Assembly: GCA_028716065.1 (NCBI GenBank)
Contig: JAQUQN010000001.1
Coordinates: forward strand, 13,266 to 77,265
Direction: 5' to 3'
Length of the DNA: 64,000 nt
DNA from: Candidatus Omnitrophota bacterium
GTDB taxonomy: Bacteria; Omnitrophota; Gorgyraeia; 2-01-FULL-45-10
Position numbers and translations under genes: made by a program. The notes below the pieces were generated by a model. The model was not told the origin of the DNA, did not search any database, and saw nothing but the letters and a program-made list of their open reading frames with translations. Below, piece by piece: positions 19,477 through 27,897 of the stretch (position 1 is the first letter of the stretch; every line of letters begins with the position of its first letter).

Positions 19477-19499
19477 AATCCGACCCTGCCGAGCCGGAA

Positions 19500-19808
19500 G
19501 TGAGCGTTCAAAAATTGAAAGTTGTATTCTCTAAATCAGGAGAGATGATCTTCATATCGCATCTGGACCTGGTCCGGCTTTTTCAGAGGGCATCACGGCG
19601 TTCCGGACTTCCCGTGGTCCTGACACAGGGGTTCAATCCGCACTACAAGATCAGCATAATGAAGGCATTGAAACTCGGCGTTGAAAGCAATGGTGAGGTT
19701 GCGACCTTTTACATGAATGAAAAGGTCGGGCCTGATCTGTTTATAAGACACATGAATGAAAAATTACCCGATGGGATAAGGATCATCGGGGCTGAGGAGA
19801 CAGTATAA
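19500..19808 (+). CDS. DUF2344 (TIGR03936-like) radical-SAM-associated protein, short form
   Basis: FISHLDLVRLFQRASRRSGLPVVLTQGFNPH motif with a GTG start. Only about 100 aa versus about 200+ typical. It directly precedes rng, as in the conserved neighbourhood. Confidence 0.55.
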   Translation: MSVQKLKVVFSKSGEMIFISHLDLVRLFQRASRRSGLPVVLTQGFNPHYKISIMKALKLGVESNGEVATFYMNEKVGPDLFIRHMNEKLPDGIRIIGAEETV

Positions 19809-19809
19809 T

Positions 19810-21330
19810 ATGGCCAGAGAGATATTCATTAATGTCACTCCGCAGGAAAAGCGCGTCGCGATCCTGGAGAATAAAAAGCTGGAGGAGTTTTACATAGAAC
19901 GGCCGGACTCCGTAAATCTCGTGGGCAATATCTACAAGGGGAAAGTGGAGTCTGTCCTTCAGGGCATAGACGCGGCGTTCGTGGATCTCGGCCTCGAGAA
20001 GAACGGTTTTCTGTACGTGTCCGATGTCGTGACGAGCGCCTCGAGTTATGAAAAATTACTTGAGGAACCCGATGAGGAGTACAAGGCGCAGATCGAGAAG
20101 GAGAAGGCGCTTCCGTCGATAACCGAGGTGCTGAAAAAAGGCGACGAGGTGCTGGTGCAGATCGTGAAGGAGCCCATACGGTCGAAGGGCGCGAGATTGA
20201 CCACGCATATAAGCATACCCGGCCGGTTTCTTGTGATGATGCCGTTCGATCCGAACATAGGCATCTCAAAAAGAATAGAGGATAAGCGCGAGAGGGCGAG
20301 GATACGAAAGATAATCGATGACCTGAAACTGCCGAAAGAGATAGGCTTCATCGTGAGGACCGCCGCGCAGGGGGCCACTCAAAAAGAATTTTTCCGGGAA
20401 GTGCGCTATCTCATGGGGTTATGGGGGAATATCAAATACAAGGGCAAGAAGGCCAGGGCGCCCCAGCTTGTCCACGAAGAGTATGACCTGATTCTGAGGA
20501 CGGCGCGCGATATTTTCAGAAGCGGCACTTCGAGGCTGGAGATCGATTCGAAGGTGGAATTCAAAAGGGTTTTAAGGTTTTTGAATATATGCGCCCCCCA
20601 GATGAAGGGGTCTCTAAAATTATACCACGAGAAGATGCCTCTATTCGAAAAGTACGATATCGAACGCCAGATAGAGAAGGTATATAACAGAAATGTCCAG
20701 TTGAAGAGCGGCGGTTACCTGGTCTTTGACGAGACCGAGAGCCTGGTTGCCATCGATGTCAATTCGGGCAAGTCCGTGAGGGGAAGGAATCTGGAGGATA
20801 CGGCCTTCAGGACCAACCTGGAAGCGGCCTCGGAGATAGCCAGGCAGCTCAGGCTTCGCGACATAGGCGGTATAATAATAATAGACTTCATAGACATGGA
20901 GATACACGGCCACCGCAAGACGGTCTTCAGGGCCCTGGAGAGGGCCCTTGAAGAAGACAAGGCAAAGACAAAGATATTGAACATATCGAGTATAGGGCTT
21001 GTCGAGATGACCCGCCAGCGGGTAAGGCCGAGCGTGGCAGGTAAGCATTATCAGAAGTGCCCCTATTGCAGCGGCAGGGGGGCGGTCAAGTCCGCGGAGA
21101 CGATATCGATAGAACTCATGAGAAAGCTGGGCGCCGTCCTTGCGGAGTCCTCGAGAGTAAGAGAGTTATTCGTCTTCCTGCACCCGGAAGTCGCTTCCTA
21201 CATCTGTGCGCCGGATAAGATCAGGAGCATGATAAAGCCGCTTGAGAGGAACTTCAGGAAGAATATACGCATAATAGAGGAACCCAGCCTTCACATGGAG
21301 GATATAAAGATCGAGCAAGGAAGGTCTTGA
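19810..21330 (+). CDS. rng: Ribonuclease G/E family (Rne/Rng)
   Basis: S1 domain plus the RNase E/G catalytic core, with a CPxCxGxG zinc link motif. Confidence 0.85.
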   Translation: MAREIFINVTPQEKRVAILENKKLEEFYIERPDSVNLVGNIYKGKVESVLQGIDAAFVDLGLEKNGFLYVSDVVTSASSYEKLLEEPDEEYKAQIEKEKALPSITEVLKKGDEVLVQIVKEPIRSKGARLTTHISIPGRFLVMMPFDPNIGISKRIEDKRERARIRKIIDDLKLPKEIGFIVRTAAQGATQKEFFREVRYLMGLWGNIKYKGKKARAPQLVHEEYDLILRTARDIFRSGTSRLEIDSKVEFKRVLRFLNICAPQMKGSLKLYHEKMPLFEKYDIERQIEKVYNRNVQLKSGGYLVFDETESLVAIDVNSGKSVRGRNLEDTAFRTNLEAASEIARQLRLRDIGGIIIIDFIDMEIHGHRKTVFRALERALEEDKAKTKILNISSIGLVEMTRQRVRPSVAGKHYQKCPYCSGRGAVKSAETISIELMRKLGAVLAESSRVRELFVFLHPEVASYICAPDKIRSMIKPLERNFRKNIRIIEEPSLHMEDIKIEQGRS

Positions 21331-21383
21331 CGGAAAAAGAGCTCTGTGATATAGTATTCGTCCTAACTTTATGGAGGTAATAG

Positions 21384-21704
21384 ATGTTCGCGATAGTTGA
21401 GACAGGCGGAAAACAGTATAAAGTGGCCAAGGATACTGTAATACTGGCAGAGTTAATAAAAGCGAAAGATGGCCAGTCGATAAAGCTTAATAAGGTGCTG
21501 CTTGTCAAAGAAGGCAACTCCGTTCATGTCGGGACGCCATATATCAAAGGCGCAACCGTGACATGTGAGGTATTGAGCCATTTGAGGCAGGATAAGGTAG
21601 TGGCCTTCAAGTACAGGAAGCGAAAGAGCAGCAAGAAGAAAATCGGCCATCGGCAGAATCTTATCAAGCTGAAAGTAAAAGAGATAGAGATAGCGAAGGG
21701 GTGA
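21384..21704 (+). CDS. rplU: 50S ribosomal protein L21
   Basis: MFAIVETGGKQYKV N-terminus. Confidence 0.9.
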   Translation: MFAIVETGGKQYKVAKDTVILAELIKAKDGQSIKLNKVLLVKEGNSVHVGTPYIKGATVTCEVLSHLRQDKVVAFKYRKRKSSKKKIGHRQNLIKLKVKEIEIAKG

Positions 21705-21710
21705 TTAGCA

Positions 21711-21941
21711 ATGGCTCATATGGTAAACGGCAGGATAAGCAAGCCCAAGTGGCTCGGCGTCAAGACATACGGCGGCGAGACGGTGAGGGCCGGAAATATA
21801 ATCCTCAAGCAGAGAGGCTTGCAATTTAAAGCGGGCCTCAATGTGGGTACGGGTAAAGATCATACTCTGTTTGCGCTGGTTGACGGCAAGGTAAAGTTCG
21901 ATCCCCGAAAAATAGTGAGCGTTATTCAGAGCGCTAAATAA
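21711..21941 (+). CDS. rpmA: 50S ribosomal protein L27
   Basis: MAH...LGVK..GG..V.AGNII.RQRG...[13 protein letters not shown] motif. Confidence 0.9.
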   Translation: MAHMVNGRISKPKWLGVKTYGGETVRAGNIILKQRGLQFKAGLNVGTGKDHTLFALVDGKVKFDPRKIVSVIQSAK

Positions 21942-22915
21942 TGTTTATAGATGAGGTCAGAATATTCGTCAAGGCCGGCGACGGCGGCGACGGATGCGAC
22001 AGCTTCTACCGCGACAGGTTCAACAGGTGGGGCAGGCCCGATGGAGGTTATGGCGGTAAAGGCGGGGATATAGTATTCGCGGCGGATGAAAACGTCCAGA
22101 CGCTACTCGATTTTCAATACAGGCAGCATTTCAAGGCCCAGCGAGGCGGCCACGGCAGCTCCAATCATAAAAAAGGCAAAAGCGGAGAGGATCTTCATAT
22201 CAAAGTCCCGCCAGGTACATTGATAAAAGACGCCGATAATGACCTTCTTTTACGGGAACTTTTAAGGCCCGGTGATTCCGTGATCATAGCAAGGGGCGGG
22301 GCCGGAGGCAAGGGAAATTCAAAGAATTATCCGGCCGATCTCGGAGTAAAGGGCGAAGAAAAGATATTGTTCCTTGAACTCAAACTGATAGCCGATGCGG
22401 GAATAATCGGTTATCCAAACGCCGGAAAATCCACTCTCGTATCGAAGATATCAAGCGCCAAACCAAAAATAGCCAATTATCCATTTACCACAAAAGAACC
22501 GGTGCTTGGAGTGGTGAGACTCTATGATAGCGCGTCATTTGTCATCGCTGAGATACCGGGTTTGATAGAGGGCGCGCACAGGGGCAAGGGCCTCGGAGAT
22601 AAATTTTTAAGACACATAGAAAGGACGAAGGTCCTTGTTCATCTGATAGACGCCTCCGCTTGCGATGGCCGTTCTCCAGGCGAGGACTATGTGAAATTGA
22701 ACAAGGAACTCGAACTTTACAGCAAAGCGCTTGCCAAGAAGACCCAGTTCATAGTATTGAATAAAAGCGATCTGCCCACAGCCAGGGAGAATATCAAAAT
22801 ATTCAAGAAGAATTTCCCCAGGAAGAAGATATTCACGGTATCCGCTTTGAACGGCGAAGGCATAAAGGAGCTCCTCTCCGCCATTCATAAAAAATTAAAA
22901 GGCAAGAGCCAATGA
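21941..22915 (+). CDS. obg: GTPase Obg
   Basis: Glycine-rich Obg fold (GDGGDG..., GGxGGxGG) followed by a G domain. Confidence 0.9.
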   Translation: MFIDEVRIFVKAGDGGDGCDSFYRDRFNRWGRPDGGYGGKGGDIVFAADENVQTLLDFQYRQHFKAQRGGHGSSNHKKGKSGEDLHIKVPPGTLIKDADNDLLLRELLRPGDSVIIARGGAGGKGNSKNYPADLGVKGEEKILFLELKLIADAGIIGYPNAGKSTLVSKISSAKPKIANYPFTTKEPVLGVVRLYDSASFVIAEIPGLIEGAHRGKGLGDKFLRHIERTKVLVHLIDASACDGRSPGEDYVKLNKELELYSKALAKKTQFIVLNKSDLPTARENIKIFKKNFPRKKIFTVSALNGEGIKELLSAIHKKLKGKSQ

Positions 22916-24027
22916 GCGCGAAAAAGATCAGAAGGCTGGTAATAAAGATCGGAACAAAGGTCCTGACATCCGCCGACAAGACGCTGGACAGAGAGCGGAT
23001 CAAGGAGATCGCCGAACAGGTCTCAACACTTAAAGATAGGGGTATGGATGTGATGCTCGTGACCTCGGGCGCGATCGGCGCCGGCATGTCCATGCTTGGT
23101 TTCAAGAAAAGGCCCGTGAAGCTGGAGGAGCTTCAGGCGTCGGCATCCGTAGGACAGAATCGGCTCATGCACGTCTACAGCGAATCTTTCAGGGCGAAAG
23201 GGTATGCCGCCGGCCAGATACTACTCACGCAAGAAGATTTCAATGACAGGAGAAGGTACCTAAATATCAAGTATACCATCGAGAGCCTTTTGAAGAATAA
23301 GGCGGTACCGATAATAAATGAGAACGATACGGTCTCGACCGAAGAGATAAGATGCGGGGACAATGACCGGCTCGCGGCCCTGGTGGCGGATCTCTGCGGC
23401 GCGGATAAACTCATAATATTGACGGATGTGGACGGCCTGATCGGCGAAGACGGAAAGATAGTAAATGTCGTTAGTGTCTTTACGCCCAAGGTGTATAAAC
23501 TTGCCCGCGCGGTCAGTTGCGACATGGGGACCGGAGGGATGGCCACCAAGCTGGAGTCCGCCGAAAGAGTCACGCAGGCAGGCATAGAGTGCGTCATAGC
23601 GAACGGCAGGAAGAAAGGCAATATAATAAAGATAATCGAAGGCGAAGATATCGGGACGACGTTCAAGAGCGCTAGCGTGAAGATATTGGCCAGGAAGAGG
23701 TGGATAGCATTTTCCTCCAGGCCCAAAGGGGCTCTTCATGTGGATGAGGGCGCGAAAGAGGCGCTATTGAGCGGTAATAAGAGCCTTCTCGCATCAGGCG
23801 TTCTGGGCTCAAACGGGAATTTCGCATCCGGCGATGTCGTGAAGGTGGTCGATAAAGATTCCAGGGAGATCGCAAGGGGAGTCGTTAATTATTCATCGTC
23901 GGAGATAGCCAAGATAAAGGGTCTGAAGACAGGAGAGTTCAAGGCATTGGTAGCCCGCAAGGGCCGCGATGAGGTGATACATAAGGACGACCTGGTGATT
24001 TTATCCGCCTTCGCAATCAACACGTAA
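22912..24027 (+). CDS. proB: Glutamate 5-kinase with PUA domain
   Basis: AAK-family kinase motifs plus a C-terminal PUA domain. proA follows. Confidence 0.9.
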   Translation: MSAKKIRRLVIKIGTKVLTSADKTLDRERIKEIAEQVSTLKDRGMDVMLVTSGAIGAGMSMLGFKKRPVKLEELQASASVGQNRLMHVYSESFRAKGYAAGQILLTQEDFNDRRRYLNIKYTIESLLKNKAVPIINENDTVSTEEIRCGDNDRLAALVADLCGADKLIILTDVDGLIGEDGKIVNVVSVFTPKVYKLARAVSCDMGTGGMATKLESAERVTQAGIECVIANGRKKGNIIKIIEGEDIGTTFKSASVKILARKRWIAFSSRPKGALHVDEGAKEALLSGNKSLLASGVLGSNGNFASGDVVKVVDKDSREIARGVVNYSSSEIAKIKGLKTGEFKALVARKGRDEVIHKDDLVILSAFAINT

Positions 24028-24068
24028 TAGGCTAGGTGCTTCGGCGGATGTCACACTAAAGCAGGTAG
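24001..24068 (+). repeat. Copy A of a 68-nt duplicated segment (proB 3' end plus the proB-proA spacer)
   Basis: 62 of 68 positions (91%) match copy B at 25993-26060; the mismatches are two clustered 2-nt changes. Confidence 0.7.
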
Positions 24069-24070
24069 GC

Positions 24071-25324
24071 ATGAAGAGAGAAGATATTAAAAAATTATGC
24101 CGGAGGGCTAAGGCGGGATCCAGGAAGCTTGCCCTTCTTGACTCAGAGACGAAGAGCCGTATCCTGATAGCCATGTCCAAGGGACTGATAAGAGGGCTGC
24201 CGACGATACTCAAGGAGAACGAAAAGGATGTGGCCTCCGCCAGAAAAAGGTCTTTACCCGGCGCCCTGATAGACAGGTTGACGCTCAATCCATCCCGGAT
24301 AAGATCGATGGCCGATTCGTTGTTGAAGATAGCGGCTCTCAAAGACCCCGTGGGAGAGGTAACCGAGACCGTAAAAAGGCCCAACGGGCTTATTATCAAA
24401 AAGGTGAAAGTTCCCATAGGCGTGATACTCATCATTTATGAATCGAGGCCCAACGTGACCAGCGACTGCATAGGGCTGTGCCTGAAATCCGGGAACTCTG
24501 TCATCTTAAGAGGCGGCAGCGAAGCCATAAGGTCCAATATCGCCATATTCGATGCCCTGAACAGGGCGGCCCTCAGGCGCGGTCTTCCCGAGGATGCCAT
24601 GACGATGATCAAGGATACCGATAGAAAGCTGGTGAACGAGCTGTTAAAACAGGAGGGCTTAATAGACCTGGTCATGCCGCGCGGAGGAGAGTCGCTCATA
24701 CGCGAAGTTTCAGCAAATTCCCGCATACCAGTTATCAAGCATTATAAAGGGGTATGTCATACCTACATCGACAAGGACGCGGATCTAAAGATGGCCGAGG
24801 ATATCGCCTTCAACGCGAAGGTCCAGCGGCCCGGTGTCTGTAACGCCATGGAGACGATGCTGGTGCACAAGGATGCGTCAAGGGACTTCCTGCCGGTGAT
24901 GATAGAGCGGTTTAAACACGCCGGCGTAGAGATAAGAGGCTGTCCGAAGACCAGAAAGATAGTCAAAGGAATCCTAGCGGCCAGGGAGGATGACTGGTAC
25001 GCCGAATATCTTGATCTCATACTGTCCGTCAAGGTCGTCGAAGATATCGACGAGGCTATCGAACATATAATGCGTTACGGCTCGTATCATTCGGACACGA
25101 TCGTCACGGATAATGAGGCTGCTGCATCGAAATTCCTTAAAGAGGTAGACTCGGCTTGCGTATATGTCAATGCGTCCACGCGTTTTACGGACGGAGGTGA
25201 GTTTGGTAAAGGGGCCGAGATAGGAATATCGACCGATAAGATACACGCGCGCGGCCCGATGGGGTTAGAGGAGCTCACGTCGTATAAATATCTGGTTTAT
25301 GGGAACGGACAGATCAGGAAATGA
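24071..25324 (+). CDS. proA: Gamma-glutamyl phosphate reductase
   Basis: Aldehyde-dehydrogenase-family ProA signature. Position after proB. Confidence 0.9.
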   Translation: MKREDIKKLCRRAKAGSRKLALLDSETKSRILIAMSKGLIRGLPTILKENEKDVASARKRSLPGALIDRLTLNPSRIRSMADSLLKIAALKDPVGEVTETVKRPNGLIIKKVKVPIGVILIIYESRPNVTSDCIGLCLKSGNSVILRGGSEAIRSNIAIFDALNRAALRRGLPEDAMTMIKDTDRKLVNELLKQEGLIDLVMPRGGESLIREVSANSRIPVIKHYKGVCHTYIDKDADLKMAEDIAFNAKVQRPGVCNAMETMLVHKDASRDFLPVMIERFKHAGVEIRGCPKTRKIVKGILAAREDDWYAEYLDLILSVKVVEDIDEAIEHIMRYGSYHSDTIVTDNEAAASKFLKEVDSACVYVNASTRFTDGGEFGKGAEIGISTDKIHARGPMGLEELTSYKYLVYGNGQIRK

Positions 25325-25331
25325 GTTTACG

Positions 25332-25901
25332 ATGCGAATAGGAATATTGGGAGGCACGTTCAATCCGATACACATAGGGCACCTGATCCTTGCGGAAGAG
25401 GCCTGTTTCAAGCTTAAGCTCGACAAGGTGATATTCGTGCCGACATTCATTCCTCCACACAAAGAGATAGCGCCCAGCGTAAAGCCAAAGGACCGCCTTA
25501 AGATGGTAAAGTTGGCCATAGAAAAGAACCCTGCCTTTGAGGTATCCAGGTATGAGATAGACTCAAAGAAGAAATCGTATTCGATAGATACTTTAAAGGA
25601 GTTCAGGAAGAAATACGGAGAGGCAGCTCAACTATTCTTCATAACGGGGTCCGATTCGCTCAAGGACCTTTTTTCATGGAAAGACGTGAATGACATTTTC
25701 AAGATATCCAAGTTCATAGTGGCCAATAGGCCCGGCTACCCGGTCAGGGAAGTTCCGAAGGAAGTCGAGACGGTTGTGATAACGCCCATTGAGGTCTCTT
25801 CGGAAGATATCAGAAAGAGGCTCAAAGAGGCAAGGTCGATAAGGTATCTCGTTCCCGAAAAAGTTAGGAATTATATCATCAACCGCAATCTATATAAGTA
25901 A
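25332..25901 (+). CDS. nadD: Nicotinate-nucleotide adenylyltransferase
   Basis: MRIGILGGTFNPIHIGHL (HxGH motif). ATG 25332 follows the proA stop. The ORF track's 25299 start overlaps proA. Confidence 0.85.
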   Translation: MRIGILGGTFNPIHIGHLILAEEACFKLKLDKVIFVPTFIPPHKEIAPSVKPKDRLKMVKLAIEKNPAFEVSRYEIDSKKKSYSIDTLKEFRKKYGEAAQLFFITGSDSLKDLFSWKDVNDIFKISKFIVANRPGYPVREVPKEVETVVITPIEVSSEDIRKRLKEARSIRYLVPEKVRNYIINRNLYK

Positions 25902-25902
25902 A

Positions 25903-25931
25903 CCCCGTTAGAAAAATCTTTTCTAACGGGG
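25903..25931. repeat. 29-nt perfect palindromic element CCCCGTTAGAAAAATCTTTTCTAACGGGG (copy 1)
   Basis: 13-bp arms around a 3-nt centre, starting 2 nt after the nadD stop. An identical copy lies at 35616-35644, and split half-sites lie in the pilA2 leader (11747-11857). Confidence 0.65.
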
Positions 25932-25951
25932 TAAAAGAGATCCTTATTCCC

Positions 25952-25980
25952 TTGACCGTATGCGTTTCGTAGTGTATAAT
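25952..25980 (+). promoter_or_regulatory. Strong sigma70 promoter (TTGACC-N17-TGTATAAT) driving the structured leader and the small zinc-ribbon gene
   Basis: TTGACC 25952-25957, a 17-nt spacer, extended -10 TGnTATAAT at 25973-25980. Confidence 0.5.
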
Positions 25981-25992
25981 TTTATAAAATTT

Positions 25993-26060
25993 TATCCGCC
26001 TTCGCAATCAACGTGTAATAGGCTAGGTGCTTCGGCGGATGTCACACTGAAGCGGGTAGG
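25993..26060 (+). repeat. Copy B of the 68-nt duplicated segment
   Basis: See copy A at 24001-24068. The differences are two clustered 2-nt changes. Confidence 0.7.
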
Positions 26061-26062
26061 CG

Positions 26063-26152
26063 GATACCCCCACTGTTAGATTTGCGAAGCAAATCTGGTG
26101 GGGGTTGGCAGATACCCCCACTGTTAGATTTGCGAAGCAAATCTGGTGGGGG
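26063..26152 (+). repeat. Two tandem 42-nt imperfect-palindrome (hairpin) units separated by 6 nt
   Basis: Unit gataCCCCCACtgttAGATTTGCgaaGCAAATCTggtgGGGGG at 26063-26104 and 26111-26152, period 48. A further GTAA-tetraloop hairpin lies at 26166-26183. Confidence 0.7.
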
Positions 26153-26211
26153 TAAAGAAAGGAATCACGGGCGTAAGCCCGTGGGGTTCCATGAAAGAGG
26201 AGGTGATTTAA

Positions 26212-26355
26212 ATGGCAGAGACGGGATATTGCGTAAAATGTAAGACGAAGAAGGAGATGAAGGACACAGAGAAAGTCACGATGAAGAACAAGAGACAAGC
26301 GATGAAGGGTAAGTGCGTGACCTGCGGTACAGGCATGTATAAGATAATGAAATAG
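26212..26355 (+). CDS. Small zinc-ribbon protein (47 aa, CxxC...CxxC; DUF5679-like), not in the ORF track
   Basis: MAETGYCVKCKTKKEMKDTEKVTMKNKRQAMKGKCVTCGTGMYKIMK. A strong GAGGAGGTGA RBS lies 7 nt upstream. Confidence 0.55.
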   Translation: MAETGYCVKCKTKKEMKDTEKVTMKNKRQAMKGKCVTCGTGMYKIMK

Positions 26356-26399
26356 CAGCGAGAAGAGTAAAACAGCTTCATTAAAAACGGAGAGGTGCT

Positions 26400-26798
26400 A
26401 TAGAAGCGAAGAGAAAAGCAGGGGCTATAGCCCGGGCTGCCTCCAGCAAAAAGGCGCTTGATATAGTCATTATAGATATGCGGAAGATGCCGGGTATCTG
26501 CGACTTTTTTTTGATAGCGAGCGGCACGTCAACAACGCAGGTCAGGGCTATATCGGACAACATACAGAAAAAGCTCAAAGAATCCGGCGGAAAGCTTTAT
26601 CATATAGAAGGCGAAAAAGAAGCATTGTGGGTTCTTTTGGACTACGGCGATGTCGTCGGTCATGTCTTTTATGACCCGACACGCCGTTTTTATGATTTGG
26701 AGCGGCTATGGGCCGATGCCCCTCAGCAACATTTTAAAGAGAGAGTAGGGAAGAAGATTCGTCATGCCAAAAGGAAAAAGAAAAAAAGGCGCTCATGA
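26400..26798 (+). CDS. rsfS: Ribosome silencing factor RsfS (Iojap); start uncertain
   Basis: ALDIVIIDMRK...FFLIASGTSTTQVRAISDNI is the RsfS core. The homology extends upstream of the track's ATG 26478 as far as the in-frame stop at 26382. No canonical start codon lies in that stretch, and the 26400 start used here is a non-canonical ATA codon chosen only for its position after a GGAGAGG RBS. Confidence 0.6.
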   Translation: MEAKRKAGAIARAASSKKALDIVIIDMRKMPGICDFFLIASGTSTTQVRAISDNIQKKLKESGGKLYHIEGEKEALWVLLDYGDVVGHVFYDPTRRFYDLERLWADAPQQHFKERVGKKIRHAKRKKKKRRS

Positions 26799-27888
26799 CC
26801 TTCACAGGGTAGAGAGAACCTTAAGGAGCCGTTTAGACGAACTCACCGCTCTATACGAGGTATCCAAGTCCATAACCTCAGCCGTGAATCTGGATAAGAT
26901 GCTCAGCCTTATAGTGAGCAAGGTTGCCAGCATCATGAAGGCTGAGGTATGCATGATCCATCTCATAAACAAGGGGGACCTGAGGCTCAGGACCTCCTAT
27001 GGCATAACCGCGCGTCTGGCTGAGCTGAAGAATCCCCTGCCGGTAGACCATACCGTCGTCGACCAGGTCATAAGGACGAAGATGCCTGTAAGGGTCGAGG
27101 ACCTGCAGAAACATTCTAAAAATATATTTTTCCATGTAGCCAGGAAGGGCCGCCTTCACTCGCTCCTAATAGTGCCTTTGATAGAAAAGGGAGAGCTGAT
27201 AGGCGTGCTCAGCGTCATGAGCAAGCGCCGCGCGGCATATAGCATATCCGACGAAAAAGAATTGACGCTCTTCGCAAGCCAGGCCGCGGTGGCCATAGAG
27301 AATGCCAGGCTCTTTGAAGAAGTGAGGATCAATTATCTGAACACGATGAGGCTCCTGGCATGCGTGATAGACGCCAAGGATACATATACCGAGGACCATT
27401 CCGAGCGCGTCATGCGTTCGGCACTGGCGATCGCGGACTATCTGAGCCTGTCCGCAAAGCAGAGGTCGGTCATAAGGTACGCGAGCCTTCTTCATGACAT
27501 AGGAAAGATAGGCATAGACATGAGTGTCCTGCGCAAGCCGACGACCCTTAGCAAAGAAGAATGGCGGCAGATGAAACAGCATCCAAAGATAGGCGCGGAT
27601 ATCATCAAACGCGCCGGATTTCTCGATGATCTTGTACCGGCGATCCTGTATCATCATGTCAAATATTCCGGCGGCGGTTATCCGATCACGAAAAAGACTA
27701 AAGAGGACCTGCCGGTAGAGGCCAGGGTGCTGGCGGTGGCCGACGCCTATGAGGCGATGGTGACGGACAGGCCTTACAGGCGCCGCATGACGAAAGACCA
27801 GGCGATAGCGGAACTGAAGAGGTGTTCCGGTTCGCAGTTTGACCCGAAAGTGGTCAACGCTCTATTAAGATATTTAACCAATACCTAG
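26764..27888 (+). CDS. GAF-HD-GYP c-di-GMP phosphodiesterase
   Basis: GAF domain plus HD (LLHDIGK) and GYP (GGGYP) motifs. Confidence 0.8.
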   Translation: MPKGKRKKGAHDLHRVERTLRSRLDELTALYEVSKSITSAVNLDKMLSLIVSKVASIMKAEVCMIHLINKGDLRLRTSYGITARLAELKNPLPVDHTVVDQVIRTKMPVRVEDLQKHSKNIFFHVARKGRLHSLLIVPLIEKGELIGVLSVMSKRRAAYSISDEKELTLFASQAAVAIENARLFEEVRINYLNTMRLLACVIDAKDTYTEDHSERVMRSALAIADYLSLSAKQRSVIRYASLLHDIGKIGIDMSVLRKPTTLSKEEWRQMKQHPKIGADIIKRAGFLDDLVPAILYHHVKYSGGGYPITKKTKEDLPVEARVLAVADAYEAMVTDRPYRRRMTKDQAIAELKRCSGSQFDPKVVNALLRYLTNT

Positions 27889-27897
27889 AATGCAAAA

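Noticed and set aside
19500-19808. DUF2344 truncation as a pseudogene
   Set aside because: The ORF is intact with a start, ends 1 nt before rng, and has no frameshift remnants downstream. It is more likely a short variant than a broken gene.
26063-26152. Possible CRISPR array (direct repeats)
   Set aside because: There are only two repeat units, separated by a 6-nt spacer rather than about 30-nt unique spacers, and no cas genes. These are tandem hairpin repeats, not a CRISPR.
26191-26211. 6-codon uORF MKEEVI abutting the zinc-ribbon ATG (TAAATG)
   Set aside because: Its ATG-AAAGAGGAGGTGA sequence is better explained as the Shine-Dalgarno for ATG 26212. It is noted only as a possible coupling oddity.
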